The notes under the pieces are model-generated. The model did no database searches and was not told the DNA's origin. It worked only from the letters and a program-made list of their open reading frames with translations. Of a DNA stretch of 64,000 nt, positions 1 through 12,163 are shown piece after piece; the stretch's first letter is position 1, and the number at the start of each line of letters is the position of its first letter. The translations under genes and the position numbers were made by a program. Location of the stretch: assembly GCA_965215565.1 (NCBI GenBank), contig CBDCDZ010000004.1, forward strand, positions 3,360,001 through 3,424,000, in the 5' to 3' direction. The stretch comes from Trueperaceae bacterium. Its GTDB lineage: Bacteria; Deinococcota; Deinococci; Deinococcales; Trueperaceae.

Positions 1-2232
1 ACTGTCGGCAACAGCACAGTGTCGCTGACGCAAACGGGCGAAGCGGTTGCCGTGTCCGCCACACCCGCTGTTTCGGACAGCATCATCACGCTCACGCCGG
101 ATGAGCCTCTCACCCCTGAGACGACGTATACCTTTTCTATCGACGTCTCCGTCGCCGATGAGAGCGGCGAGACGCTCGCCGAAGCGTTCTCGAGCAGCTT
201 CACAACAGGAGACGGCGAAACAGATACAGAAGAGCCCGCGCTACCTGAAGCGAACTTAACGAGCGCCGAACAGCTCATCTTCGAGACGCAAAATACTCAG
301 ACAAGTGAGGCGCAGACCCTGACAATCAGCAACACGGGCGACGCCGCTTTTACGCTCAGTAGCCTCGAGCCTACCGACAGCCAGTTCGTTCTAACGACGC
401 CAACGCTGCCCGCGACGATTGCGCCCGGACAGTCGGTAGACGTTGAGGTTGCTTTCAAGCCGACCTCATTGGGTCCACAAGATGCGACGCTGACGGTGAA
501 CGGCGACTCGTCGCTAGGTACTGACTTGCGCGGGCTCAGTGTGAAGGGGGACGGCGGCGACTTAGAGCCTTCTTTGCAGTGGATTTTTGAAACGTTCGGT
601 CTAGATATCAGCACGGGCGATCCCGACCCTTCGACTACCTCTATCGTCAGCTTCGATGACTTCGGTGAAGATGAAGAGGCGCGCCGTGCAGAGCTTAACG
701 GTACGCTCAGCGAAAACGAGCGCATCATCCAGAGATTCCAAAAGGCGGGCAGTGGCGATGTGACGGTTGAAGTGCTCGCGACTTACGGTTTAGATAGCGA
801 CCCCGTTACGGAGTTCGGTTGGTATCCGATTGGCGATACAGCGTCACGCGAAGAAGTGTTTAGGATCGAAACTGAAACAGGCAACGCGCAGACGCTGAAC
901 CCGGAAGCTGTCGGTCCCCTGAGCTTCGACCCAGGCGACTCGAGCTTCGGCTTCTACTCGATTTGGCCCGGTTTCAACGACCGCGAAATCTACACGCAAG
1001 ACAGCCTCAACATATTCGGTGGTGCGATACCTCATCACGTCCGCACCTATCCGCTTCCGGGTGAAAGCAACGCCTACATCCTCGCTACAGAAGAGTTTAC
1101 CCAAGGCTTCGACTATAACGATGTTGTCGTCGTCGTGCGTAATGTCAGACCTGCTGGACCGGAGGGTCTGTCCTGTAACCAGAGCGCGCCCATTATCTCG
1201 GACCGCGCGCTGAGCAAGTCCTACAACGGATTCGAACTGCAAAACCTCAGCGGTGCACCCTTCGCGGACCGCTTAGTGTTCAGCCGCATCGGTAACATCA
1301 GCGGCGACTTCAACGATAGAATCGAGCCTTTCACCGACCTCAAGTGCCACGACCTCAATGTTTTGCGCCTCGTGAACGAGAGCGCCAGTGCGCTCGATAT
1401 AAGCAATGTGAGGATTACGGGTAGCTCGAGCGGCGCGTTCATGTTACCTAGCGGTGGACTGAGTAGCGTCGCTGCTGGTCAAACCAAAGATATCGTTGTG
1501 CAGTTCACCGAAGACTCTGGTGGCAGAGGCATACGCGAAGCCACCCTAGAGATGCAAGTTGGCGGCGAGACGGTCGAAGTCGAGCTAGCAGGTATCTATC
1601 AAGAAGCACCCGAGGGCGGACGCGAGGAGTACTTGGGCGGCGTTGTTAGAGCGTTTGGTTACAGCACTGACGTAGGCACAAACACTAGGGGCGAAATCGA
1701 GAGCGCGGAGCCGCCCGAAGACCCCAATTTCGAGCGTGCGGGTGATGAGGTCATCTCACGCTTCTGGCAACGCGCTGACGCCAGCGAGCCTGTCTACATC
1801 CGTCAACTCGCCGCGTTCCATAGCTGCTGCGGCTCTAGCTCAAATGATGATCTCAGAGTTGTGGAGAGAGACAGCGACAAACAACTAGGAAGATTCGAGC
1901 ACGCCGAGGTCTACGGACAAGCTGTTCTGCCTCCATTGCAAGGTGCAGAAACCGAAGCCGCCGAAATGCGCGTTGAACCGAGCGAGCCCTTCGAGTTGAT
2001 CGTTCGCAACGGCTACAGCACCGATTGGATAGGCGGAAGTAAAAATAACAACAACCTCGGCGTGCGCCTCTGGCCCGTGGAGAGAAACGGAAGCACGGCG
2101 GGATTCGAAAACACCTACATCGTCGCCCAAGACTTTGTTGATCAGGGATGCGGCACGACGGACACCGCCAACTGTGACTTTAACGACAACATGTACCTCA
2201 TCACCAACGTAACACCCACTTCACCAGAGTAG
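1..2232 (+). CDS. Secreted multidomain protein, 5'-truncated by the window edge: Big_5-like Ig domain, two ASH/choice-of-anchor-D-like domains, each followed by an uncharacterised beta-rich domain
   Basis: Frame is open from base 1. LTPDEPLTPETTYT (Big_5-like); TLTISNTGDAAFTLSSL...IAPGQSVDVEVAFKP (ASH-like); repeated G..EPSL/GGREEYL and DYND/DFND motifs; very acidic. Confidence 0.75.
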   Translation, partial: TVGNSTVSLTQTGEAVAVSATPAVSDSIITLTPDEPLTPETTYTFSIDVSVADESGETLAEAFSSSFTTGDGETDTEEPALPEANLTSAEQLIFETQNTQTSEAQTLTISNTGDAAFTLSSLEPTDSQFVLTTPTLPATIAPGQSVDVEVAFKPTSLGPQDATLTVNGDSSLGTDLRGLSVKGDGGDLEPSLQWIFETFGLDISTGDPDPSTTSIVSFDDFGEDEEARRAELNGTLSENERIIQRFQKAGSGDVTVEVLATYGLDSDPVTEFGWYPIGDTASREEVFRIETETGNAQTLNPEAVGPLSFDPGDSSFGFYSIWPGFNDREIYTQDSLNIFGGAIPHHVRTYPLPGESNAYILATEEFTQGFDYNDVVVVVRNVRPAGPEGLSCNQSAPIISDRALSKSYNGFELQNLSGAPFADRLVFSRIGNISGDFNDRIEPFTDLKCHDLNVLRLVNESASALDISNVRITGSSSGAFMLPSGGLSSVAAGQTKDIVVQFTEDSGGRGIREATLEMQVGGETVEVELAGIYQEAPEGGREEYLGGVVRAFGYSTDVGTNTRGEIESAEPPEDPNFERAGDEVISRFWQRADASEPVYIRQLAAFHSCCGSSSNDDLRVVERDSDKQLGRFEHAEVYGQAVLPPLQGAETEAAEMRVEPSEPFELIVRNGYSTDWIGGSKNNNNLGVRLWPVERNGSTAGFENTYIVAQDFVDQGCGTTDTANCDFNDNMYLITNVTPTSPE

Positions 2233-2275
2233 TGCGTTAAACTGGAGCGTTTGGCTGTAGCCAATAACCTAGAAC

Positions 2276-2302
2276 GGCAGCGGGCTGAGTGAGCCCGCTG
2301 CC
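2276..2302 (+). promoter_or_regulatory. Intergenic 11-bp hairpin directly before the RBS of the next gene
   Basis: GGCAGCGGGCT-gagtg-AGCCCGCTGCC, then AAGGAG and ATG at 2314; no U-tract. Confidence 0.55.
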
Positions 2303-2313
2303 AAGGAGTGCAG

Positions 2314-4422
2314 ATGAAAAGAGCTATCCCTATAATCCTCTTACTCTTCGGTCTCGTGGCGTGTGACATCTTTGGTCCAGTCCTTCCTGACCCTGAGGAG
2401 CGTCCTACGGTCATTAGCTCGAGGCCTAGCGACGGTGACAACATCGTTTCCCCAGACGTCGAAATCGAGGCTCGCCTAGAGCTTCCTAACGGTGATATTG
2501 ACGAGGATACCCTCGGTAACGGAACGGTCAGATTGACCGAAGTGGGCAGCGACGCGCTTCTATCTGGCGATATATTTTTTTCGGGTGACACGATTACCTT
2601 CGATCCTCGCAGCTCATTGGACGTCAACAAAAGCTACACCTTTGAGGTTACGGAGGGTGTCAAGGATGAGGACGGCATGTCCGTCGAGCCCTACGAGATC
2701 ACCTTCCAGACGAGCGACCGTCCGAGAATCCAACGTTCGGAGCCCCGAAATGGCGACACGAACGTGAACCCCGAGGCTTCGGTGTCGCTTTATCCGGTTA
2801 GAACCGAAGGCGGTCTCGAGAGGTCGACGAGCAACGCTTCGACGGTCAACCTCATCGAAGTGGCAACGGGTGAGACGGTCGCCATCGAACGAGGCACCTC
2901 GGGCGGTTTCGACATCATCACGCTCGATCCTGAGGAACCGCTTAAAGAGAATACGGCGTACCGGGTTGTGCTGACGGACGGCGTTAAAGATCAGGGCGGC
3001 AATTCTTTTATACCTTTTGAAAGCACCTTCACGACGAGGGAAAAAGACCCGAATACGCCGGGTAATGTCAGATTCGATAGGCAGACTGTCACACCTAGCA
3101 GCGATAACGATTCATACACATCGCTCGATATCGGTCCCGACCGCAACCTTTACGCAACGACAGTGGACGGGCGCATCAAGCGCTTCCCCATCAACGCCGA
3201 CGGTACACTGGGCAGCGCGCAAACTATTACCTCTTTACAAGGAGAAGAGGGTGGTCCGAGGTTGCTCATCGGTTTCGCCTTTGACCCCTCGTCATTTGAG
3301 CCTGGCGCTGAACTGGTTGCTTGGGTAAGTCATACTTTCGTCGATGACGATTTCGAACTCAAGAATATCGACGAGCCCTGGAGCGGTAAGATTAGCAGGC
3401 TGAGCGGTCCCGATTTGGGAACCGTTGAAACGTACGTCGAAGGCTTGCCTCGCTCCTCAAAAGATCACGTCACTAATAGCATCGCGTTTAATCCCGCTGA
3501 GCCCGGCGTGCTCTACTTCAACCAGGGCAGCAATACTGCGATGGGTGCGCCCGACAGCGCGTGGGATTTTCAGGAAGAGCGCCTCCTTTCCGCTGCTACG
3601 TTGCGCCTAGATATCAGCGCGGTCGAGGCGGGTACGCTACCTCTCGACGTGCAGACGGAGGATGGCGGTTCCTACGATCCCTTTGCGCCAAATGCGCCCC
3701 TCACCGTTTTTGGAAGCGGCATCCGCAACGCTTACGACCTCGTCTGGCACTCCAATGGCTCGTTGTACGTGCCGACGAACGGTTCCAATTTGGGCGGGAT
3801 TGTGCCTCGCTACGATCCTATCGGTAACACGTGCAGCACGGCGCGCCCAGAAGGTCAATACACCGGTCCTAAGTTAGATGATCCAAGCGACGTTGACGGC
3901 AAGTATGTCGAGGACAGAACAGACGGGTGGCTCGTTGAAGATCAGGTTCAGAGTGACTTCCTCTTTAGAGTGGAACGGGGAGGATACTACGGTCATCCTA
4001 ATCCTAAGCGCTGCGAGTGGATTCTAAATGGCGGTGGCAACTATGAAGATGAAGAAGCGCAGGTCAACATCTATAAGAGCGATACCGAGCCTGATCCCAA
4101 CTACCGAGGTTTTGCCTATGACTTCGAAAGGAACAAGTCTCCGAACGGCGTGATCGAGTACAAAAGCAGCACCTTTGGCGGGGAACTTCAAGGTAAATTG
4201 CTAATCGCCCGTTACAGCAACGAAGACGACATTCTCGTGCTCACGCCAGGCGGTCCAGATGGCGACATCAGCCAGGCGGAGACGCCCGACGATTTGGATA
4301 ACTTCAACGACCCCATCGACTTAGTCGAAGATACGACGAACGGCAACCTCTACGTCTCCGAATTCGACGAAAGCGAAAGTACAGACGATCAGGGCATCGT
4401 GCTGCTGACACCTTCTAACTAG
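2314..4422 (+). CDS. Lipoprotein with two Big_5 Ig-like domains and a glucose/sorbosone (PQQ-type) dehydrogenase-like beta-propeller
   Basis: Lipobox LVAC; two P.DG..NV...Ig repeats; IGPDRNLY, GIRNAYDLVWHSNG, GGYYGHPNP motifs. ATG 2314 follows AAGGAG. Confidence 0.75.
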   Translation: MKRAIPIILLLFGLVACDIFGPVLPDPEERPTVISSRPSDGDNIVSPDVEIEARLELPNGDIDEDTLGNGTVRLTEVGSDALLSGDIFFSGDTITFDPRSSLDVNKSYTFEVTEGVKDEDGMSVEPYEITFQTSDRPRIQRSEPRNGDTNVNPEASVSLYPVRTEGGLERSTSNASTVNLIEVATGETVAIERGTSGGFDIITLDPEEPLKENTAYRVVLTDGVKDQGGNSFIPFESTFTTREKDPNTPGNVRFDRQTVTPSSDNDSYTSLDIGPDRNLYATTVDGRIKRFPINADGTLGSAQTITSLQGEEGGPRLLIGFAFDPSSFEPGAELVAWVSHTFVDDDFELKNIDEPWSGKISRLSGPDLGTVETYVEGLPRSSKDHVTNSIAFNPAEPGVLYFNQGSNTAMGAPDSAWDFQEERLLSAATLRLDISAVEAGTLPLDVQTEDGGSYDPFAPNAPLTVFGSGIRNAYDLVWHSNGSLYVPTNGSNLGGIVPRYDPIGNTCSTARPEGQYTGPKLDDPSDVDGKYVEDRTDGWLVEDQVQSDFLFRVERGGYYGHPNPKRCEWILNGGGNYEDEEAQVNIYKSDTEPDPNYRGFAYDFERNKSPNGVIEYKSSTFGGELQGKLLIARYSNEDDILVLTPGGPDGDISQAETPDDLDNFNDPIDLVEDTTNGNLYVSEFDESESTDDQGIVLLTPSN

Positions 4423-4453
4423 ATGTTTTCCAACTAAACGCCAGGGTTAACCT

Positions 4454-4483
4454 AAGCGGGCTTCTCAGAAGCCCGCTTTTTTT
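4454..4483 (+). terminator. Intrinsic terminator between convergent genes
   Basis: AAGCGGGCTTCT-c-AGAAGCCCGCTT followed by a T run. Confidence 0.85.
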
Positions 4484-4488
4484 CGCCC

Positions 4489-5364
<876 letters not shown>

Positions 5365-5621
5365 AGGTAAGGAGAGCTTAACCCGAACCGGAACGAGGCG
5401 TAAGAAGCAAAGTTCGGATGCTTACCTCTTAGTACGAAATTGTACAGCTTACTTACCCTGACTGAGGGCGTTGCTTCGCCTAGCGGGAGCAGAGCGACTT
5501 TACTTCGTGCGTAGAGCTTTTCAGCGACTCAGCTTTAGCGATCCTGCTCTCAGGCGAAGCCTAGCGGGACGGCTTTGCCTGAGAGCGAGTTCGGGCTGAG
5601 TTTACGTCCCATCCGTAACGG

Positions 5622-5651
5622 GCACGGCTTAGTTCGCGAACTAAGCCGTGC
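5622..5651. repeat. Perfect 30-bp palindrome in the frr-cdsA spacer
   Basis: GCACGGCTTAGTTCG|CGAACTAAGCCGTGC. Confidence 0.9.
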
Positions 5652-5703
5652 AACCTCGTATTACGCTTCCCGACGTTCTGCGCTTTTTTTCCTACTTGCG
5701 CGC

Positions 5704-6258
5704 CTACACCGCCATGATGTCTTCTTCTTTGGATTTGACCCTCGCGTCGATTTTGCTGATGTAGTCGTTGGTAACTTTCTGCACTTCGTTTTCGCCCTGG
5801 CGCAAGTCGTCTTCGGTCAAGAGGTTCTCTTTGTTCATCTCTTTGAGTTCGTCGTTGGCGTCGCGGCGGATGTTGCGAACCGAGACGCGGGCTTCTTCCG
5901 CCATCGTCTTCGTCGTTTTAACCAGGGTGCGGCGGCGCTCGTCGTTGAGCTGCGGCACGCTGATAAAGATGCTGTCACCTTTGTTGCTCGGGTTGAAGCC
6001 TAAATCGCTGTCGCGGATCGCCTTTTCGATGTCGGTGACGGCGCTCTTGTCGTAAGGGGTAATGAGGAGCGTGCGCGGGTCAGGGCTGGAGATGCTCGCA
6101 AGCTGATTTAAGGGAGTCGAACTGCCATAATAGTTGACCTGCACGCGGTTCAAGATGGCAGGGTTGGCGCGTCCGGTGCGCACCATGCCGATATTTTGCT
6201 CGAACGCCTCTAGCGTTTTATCCATACGCTGCCGCGTCTCTTTAAGAACTGTCTGCAT
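5704..6258 (-). CDS. frr: Ribosome recycling factor
   Basis: RTGRANP, YYGSSTPLNQLA, RNIRRDAND; synteny. Confidence 0.98.
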   Translation of the reverse strand: MQTVLKETRQRMDKTLEAFEQNIGMVRTGRANPAILNRVQVNYYGSSTPLNQLASISSPDPRTLLITPYDKSAVTDIEKAIRDSDLGFNPSNKGDSIFISVPQLNDERRRTLVKTTKTMAEEARVSVRNIRRDANDELKEMNKENLLTEDDLRQGENEVQKVTNDYISKIDARVKSKEEDIMAV

Positions 6259-6403
6259 CGTTGCCTCCTTCTTTAGCTCGAGTCCTCAAATGTTTTGCAT
6301 ATGGCGTATGGAGTAAGAGGAGAACTCGAGCCGTCAATCTTCACCGATTATACCGCGTTACAGAAAGTTCCCGACACTGAGTTGAGCCAATATAGAGTCT
6401 CGA

Positions 6404-7701
<1,298 letters not shown>

Positions 7702-7821
7702 GTTATCTCCCCTTTCAATGTGGTTCTTGTAGTTTCTTTGACCCGTCGTCAGCGCTCAACCGAGACTCCCCCCAAGTCTCGGCGTCGCCCTGCAAGGTTG
7801 TGTACCGATCTGGCTTCAGAT

Positions 7822-8694
7822 TTAAGCGGGTTGCGTATCTTCTTGCTCGGTGGCGGGCGCAGCTTGAGTCTCTTGCGCCGCTTCGCCGCTACCCTGACCA
7901 CCGCGCTGAGCCGCTTCCGCGATGGTGCGCTCTGGCGAGGAGAGAGGCGTGGGCAGCGTCTCGCGCTGCTCGCCCTGGGCTTCTTCGCTCGGCGCTTCGC
8001 TCTCTGTCTGAGCGCCGCCGCGCACCTCGACGATCGAGTCGGCTAAGCGCGCCGTAACGAGTTGAATGGAGCGGATCGCGTCGTCGTTGCCGGGGACGAT
8101 GTAGTCGAGCACATCAGGATCGGAGTCTGTGTCAGCGAGTGCGACAACAGGGATGCCGAGCTTGTTCGCCTCGCGCACCGCGATGGCTTCTTTTGTCGGG
8201 TCGACGATGAAGAGCACGTCGGGTAAACGGTTCATCTCTTTGATGCCGCCCAAGTAGCGCTGCAGACGCAGCAGCTCTTTGCCCAACTCGATCTGCTCTT
8301 TTTTACCGTAGCGCAAGATGCTCTCGTCTTCGAACTGCTTCTCCAACTCCTTGAGCCGCTCCACGCGGCTGCGAATCGTCTTGAAGTTCGTCAGGGTGCC
8401 GCCTAGCCAACGCTCATTGAGGTACGGCATCCCGCAGCGTTTCGCCTCCGCCGCTAAAATCTCTTGCGCTTGCTTTTTAGTGCCGACGAAGAGGATGGTG
8501 CCACCTCTCGCGGCGACTTCGCGTAGATAGTTGAACGCCTTGTCCGATTCGACGAGCGTCTTTTGCAAGTCGATGATGAAGATACCGTTGCGCTCCGCGA
8601 AGATATAGCGCTTGAACTTAGGGTTCCAGCGCTTCGTCTCGTGACCGAAGTGAACCCCGGCTTCTAAAAGTTGCTTCATACCTAAATACGACAT
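7822..8694 (-). CDS. rpsB: 30S ribosomal protein S2 with an acidic C-terminal tail
   Basis: [29 protein letters not shown]. Confidence 0.98.
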   Translation of the reverse strand: MSYLGMKQLLEAGVHFGHETKRWNPKFKRYIFAERNGIFIIDLQKTLVESDKAFNYLREVAARGGTILFVGTKKQAQEILAAEAKRCGMPYLNERWLGGTLTNFKTIRSRVERLKELEKQFEDESILRYGKKEQIELGKELLRLQRYLGGIKEMNRLPDVLFIVDPTKEAIAVREANKLGIPVVALADTDSDPDVLDYIVPGNDDAIRSIQLVTARLADSIVEVRGGAQTESEAPSEEAQGEQRETLPTPLSSPERTIAEAAQRGGQGSGEAAQETQAAPATEQEDTQPA

Positions 8695-8699
8695 ACTGC

Positions 8700-8780
8700 C
8701 TCCAAAGCGGGACGTTGAGTGAGAAGTTTAGTTCAAAAATGATGGGTTGGCGCGGACATCCCGCTGCCGTGCCAACCGTT
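8700..8780 (-). promoter_or_regulatory. Structured rpsB leader, candidate pseudoknot
   Basis: Stem 8745-8755/8767-8777; its loop is complementary to 8706-8715, next to the GGAGG RBS. Confidence 0.5.
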
Positions 8781-8815
8781 TAGTCAACTTAGAAAGTCAA
8801 CGTTACAGAATAACG

Positions 8816-9883
8816 CTAAAGTTGGTTCAGCGCCTCTCTTGCCGATGCAAAGTCGGGATCGATTTCTAAAGCGCGTTCGTAGGCGTCTCTCGCTTTCGCT
8901 AGATCGTCTGCGCCGCCGCGTATCTCATAGGCTTGACCGAGCCAGTAGTAGGCTTCTGCGTTAGCGGGGGGCAAAAGTGCACCTTTCGTCGCTTCGGTCA
9001 CGGCTTTGTCGAGCTGGCTCTGCTGAATATACGCCCTCGCTAGATACGTGTACGCGGGCGGCAACGAGACCGCGTCGATGTCGATGACCTTTTGGAAGTA
9101 AGGGACCGACGCGCTGACCTCGTCACAGTCGAAAAGCGTGCGGGCGAGGTTGAAGTTCGCCTCGAGCAGATTTTCATCTAGCTCAACCGCTTGGCGCAAC
9201 TCGAACTCAGCGTCCTCGCAGCGGTCTAACTTGAAGTAAATATCCCCTAAATCGTTGCGAAAACTTGCGCTGTTAGGCTGCAAGACAACCGCGCGCTTAA
9301 ACGCCGTGAGCGCCTCTTCCAACGCGCCGTTGCTACGGTAAACCGCACCTAAATTTGCCTGATAATTAGGGTTGTCACTCTCCAACTGGGTGGCGTTCTC
9401 GAGGGCTGTTCTCGCGCCTTCGGCGTCGCCCTGTTCGTAGAGCAACACGCCCCTCATGTTGGAGAGCGCCGCGCTACTCTCACCCGTCTCTTCAGCGCGC
9501 TCTAAAAGGGTTAGAGCGTCACTGAGTCTGTTCGCGTAACGCTCCGGGTCGCTTTGGTACTGCTCCCTGTAAGCGTCAGCAAGTTGCACGTACGCGCTCA
9601 ACTCGTCGGGGTAGGTGTCGATGATGTTCTGGTACTCTTCGATGCCCAGCTCTAGCGCGCCCTGACAGACGAGCGCTTGCCCCTTACCGAGCATCGCGGC
9701 TGCGTTGTCCGGTTCTTTTTCCAACGCTCGCTGAAAGAGGTACTGCGACGTCAAGCAGTCCCCCGTGGCGTAGTAGAAATCCCCTTGTTGCAGCAACTCC
9801 TCAGTGGAGAGGTCACCCGTTCCCTGCGCGAACGAGGTCGCGAGAAGTAGGAGCGAGATTAAGCTTAAAGCGCGCATCATCAC
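8816..9883 (-). CDS. Exported tetratricopeptide repeat protein
   Basis: Signal peptide and multiple TPR helices (A..NLG.VY, AYYWLGQAY); GGAGGA RBS before GTG 9883. Confidence 0.9.
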   Translation of the reverse strand: MMMRALSLISLLLLATSFAQGTGDLSTEELLQQGDFYYATGDCLTSQYLFQRALEKEPDNAAAMLGKGQALVCQGALELGIEEYQNIIDTYPDELSAYVQLADAYREQYQSDPERYANRLSDALTLLERAEETGESSAALSNMRGVLLYEQGDAEGARTALENATQLESDNPNYQANLGAVYRSNGALEEALTAFKRAVVLQPNSASFRNDLGDIYFKLDRCEDAEFELRQAVELDENLLEANFNLARTLFDCDEVSASVPYFQKVIDIDAVSLPPAYTYLARAYIQQSQLDKAVTEATKGALLPPANAEAYYWLGQAYEIRGGADDLAKARDAYERALEIDPDFASAREALNQL

Positions 9884-10226
9884 AGTTCTGTCCTCCAACA
9901 GCGTCGCTAGCGGATAGCAGACCCGCAAGCAAACCGTATTAGTCTAACAGCCAGACGCTTCTCAAGCAAGCGCAGTGCTTCCATCATGCAGTGCGTCCAT
10001 CATGACGAGCCTGCGTGAGATGGGTGTGTGCCTCCCCTTTACCATTTGGTCACGTTACTCGGTATTGAGTGCGCCCTGAGTATACCCCTTCGCCAGTCTA
10101 GAGGTGAGCGCGCTTAGTGGAGGTAGTCGTCCAAACGAGCTTGACGGCGTCACCCCGTGCTGGGTGTTTGGCAAGCGCCGAGGTCGTCGGGGTGGGCGAG
10201 GACGGCGAGAAGGCGCAGGGCTAAAC

Positions 10227-10754
10227 TCAGGCGCTGTTGGAGCCCATATCGAGTAGAAGCTGCAGGAACTGATGCTGAAAGAACATCACCGTGACGCCGA
10301 AGGCGATGTGGCTGATGATCTGCGAGATGACGAGGATGAAGCGCTCGCGAAACCTCTCCAAAGGATGGTGCTCAATGACAACGATGGTCACCAAAAAGCC
10401 TACCAAAATACCGTGACCCAGACCGAGCGCGAGACCGAGCACCGGATAGAAGAGGTTGAGTTCGACGGGAAAGCCCGGAAAGATAACAAGCTCTGGCACA
10501 GGAAAGCCCGAGGTCATGAGCGCCATGACGGTCCAACCGTAGAAGATAGAGAAGAGGATGCCGCCTGTAAAATAGATGATGCTACCCAAAAAGCGCGAAC
10601 GCCCGTCGACTTGCCGTGTGATCGCTGAGCCCAGCGCGCCCAGCACATCATAGAAGTCTCCGTTCCAAGTGAGCGGTAAGTACAAAAAAAAGACCATGAC
10701 CGAGGTGGCGATAAAGCCAGCGGCAACTGATGAGAGCAGCAGAGGTAAGAGCAT
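10227..10754 (-). CDS. Integral membrane protein of about 4 TM helices, divergent from the oxidase operon
   Basis: Hydrophobic ORF with AGGAGG RBS; His residues in TM segments. Confidence 0.75.
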   Translation of the reverse strand: MLLPLLLSSVAAGFIATSVMVFFLYLPLTWNGDFYDVLGALGSAITRQVDGRSRFLGSIIYFTGGILFSIFYGWTVMALMTSGFPVPELVIFPGFPVELNLFYPVLGLALGLGHGILVGFLVTIVVIEHHPLERFRERFILVISQIISHIAFGVTVMFFQHQFLQLLLDMGSNSA

Positions 10755-11143
10755 AGTGCCTCCTAAAGAATGTTAGGCAGAGTATGACACAAAACGAATG
10801 CTCAAAAAGGGGACCGTGACCTGTGTCTCGGGCTGGACGCGGGTACGACGTAGGTGCGTGGAGGCGAACCCTGAAAACGTGCTCCCGCATCATGATAGCG
10901 GGCCGAGCACGTGGTACGCTTAACCCTAAGTAGGGCTCGAGCATGAGCCTACGTGAAACAGAGTTCCCAACACGCTAAAAGCCTCATCATAGACACGTCT
11001 TAACGGGCGCGGGAGGGGACAATTGTCCTAGAGGTGAGTGGCGTCTGAGTCCGTATACTAAGGTACAAAGGCGAGCGAGTATAGCTGAGTTATACCGGGA
11101 GTTAAGAGATGATAGTAAAGCAAATACAAAGTGAAGCGCGCGC

Positions 11144-12163
11144 GTGTTGAAGCGTTTGCGTGCAGGGGTCCCTATAGGTACGCTAGCGTTGACCGCACTC
11201 TTCGTCAACCTCGTCGTGATCTTGCAGGGCGCGGTGGTTCGCGCGACGGGCTCCGGGGCGGGTTGCGGCAGCCACTGGCCGCTCTGTAACGGCGAAGTCG
11301 TACCGCTCGCGCCCAGCACCGAGACGCTCATCGAGTTCTCCCACCGCCTGCTCTCGCTCGGCGCGCTCCTCGTCGGCGCGTGGCTCCTGCTCGCCGCGTG
11401 GCGTTTGCGTAAAGAGAGACCCGCGCTCTGGGGCGCGGCGCTCGCCTCGTTCGTCTTCCTCATCTTTGAGGCGCTCTTAGGCGCGGCGACGGTGCTGCTC
11501 GGCTTGACAGGCGACAATACGACGGTGGGGCGCGGGCTGATGGTCGCCGCGCACCTCGTCAACTCACTGCTTCTCGTCGGAGCACTCACCGCGACGGTCG
11601 TGTATGCGAGGGACAAAACGCTCGGTTCACCCAAGCTGCGCGGACAAGGGATGCTCGCTACCGTGCTCGGCGTCGGTTTAGTCGGGATGCTCGTGCTGAG
11701 TTTTTCGGGCGGCATCGCGGCGATGGGCAACACGATGTTTCCTTCCGAAAGTCTTGCGGAGGGGTTGGCGGCTGACTTCGATGCGTCCTCGCACCTCTTG
11801 ATTCGCCTGCGCATTCTGCACCCGCTCATCGCGATCACCGTCGGCGTGTACCTCTTCTTGAGCCTAGGGCTGAGTTGGTGGCTCAAGCCCGTGCTCAAAG
11901 CGAAGCGACTCGCCCAGACGCTGCTCGGCGTCTATATCGTTCAGCTCGTCATCGGCAGCGCCAACCTCGCCTTTCTCGCGCCCACCGTCTTACAGCTCGC
12001 GCACCTCTTTACCGCCGTGCTCGCTTTTGGCTTGCTCGCGGCCCTGAGCGTCTACGCCTTGGGAAGCCCTGCTACTGTCATAAGCCCTTCGTTTAACTCT
12101 CGAGCCGAACCCCACGCTGAGTCACCCCATGCCAAGTCATACGCTAAGAAAGCGGTGAGATGA
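11144..12163 (+). CDS. ctaA: Heme A synthase (COX15/CtaA)
   Basis: GSGAGCGSHWPLCNG, IEFSHR, conserved His residues. Confidence 0.93.
   Translation: MLKRLRAGVPIGTLALTALFVNLVVILQGAVVRATGSGAGCGSHWPLCNGEVVPLAPSTETLIEFSHRLLSLGALLVGAWLLLAAWRLRKERPALWGAALASFVFLIFEALLGAATVLLGLTGDNTTVGRGLMVAAHLVNSLLLVGALTATVVYARDKTLGSPKLRGQGMLATVLGVGLVGMLVLSFSGGIAAMGNTMFPSESLAEGLAADFDASSHLLIRLRILHPLIAITVGVYLFLSLGLSWWLKPVLKAKRLAQTLLGVYIVQLVIGSANLAFLAPTVLQLAHLFTAVLAFGLLAALSVYALGSPATVISPSFNSRAEPHAESPHAKSYAKKAVR

Noticed and set aside
5575..6003. Plus-strand 142-aa ORF over the palindrome and frr
   Set aside because: Antisense to frr, TTG start, no protein-like features.
10987..11898. Long antisense ORFs over ctaA and other genes (e.g. 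23203-24054, 42229-43155, 47716-48552)
   Set aside because: Typical shadow ORFs of GC-rich coding DNA, with no motifs or RBS.
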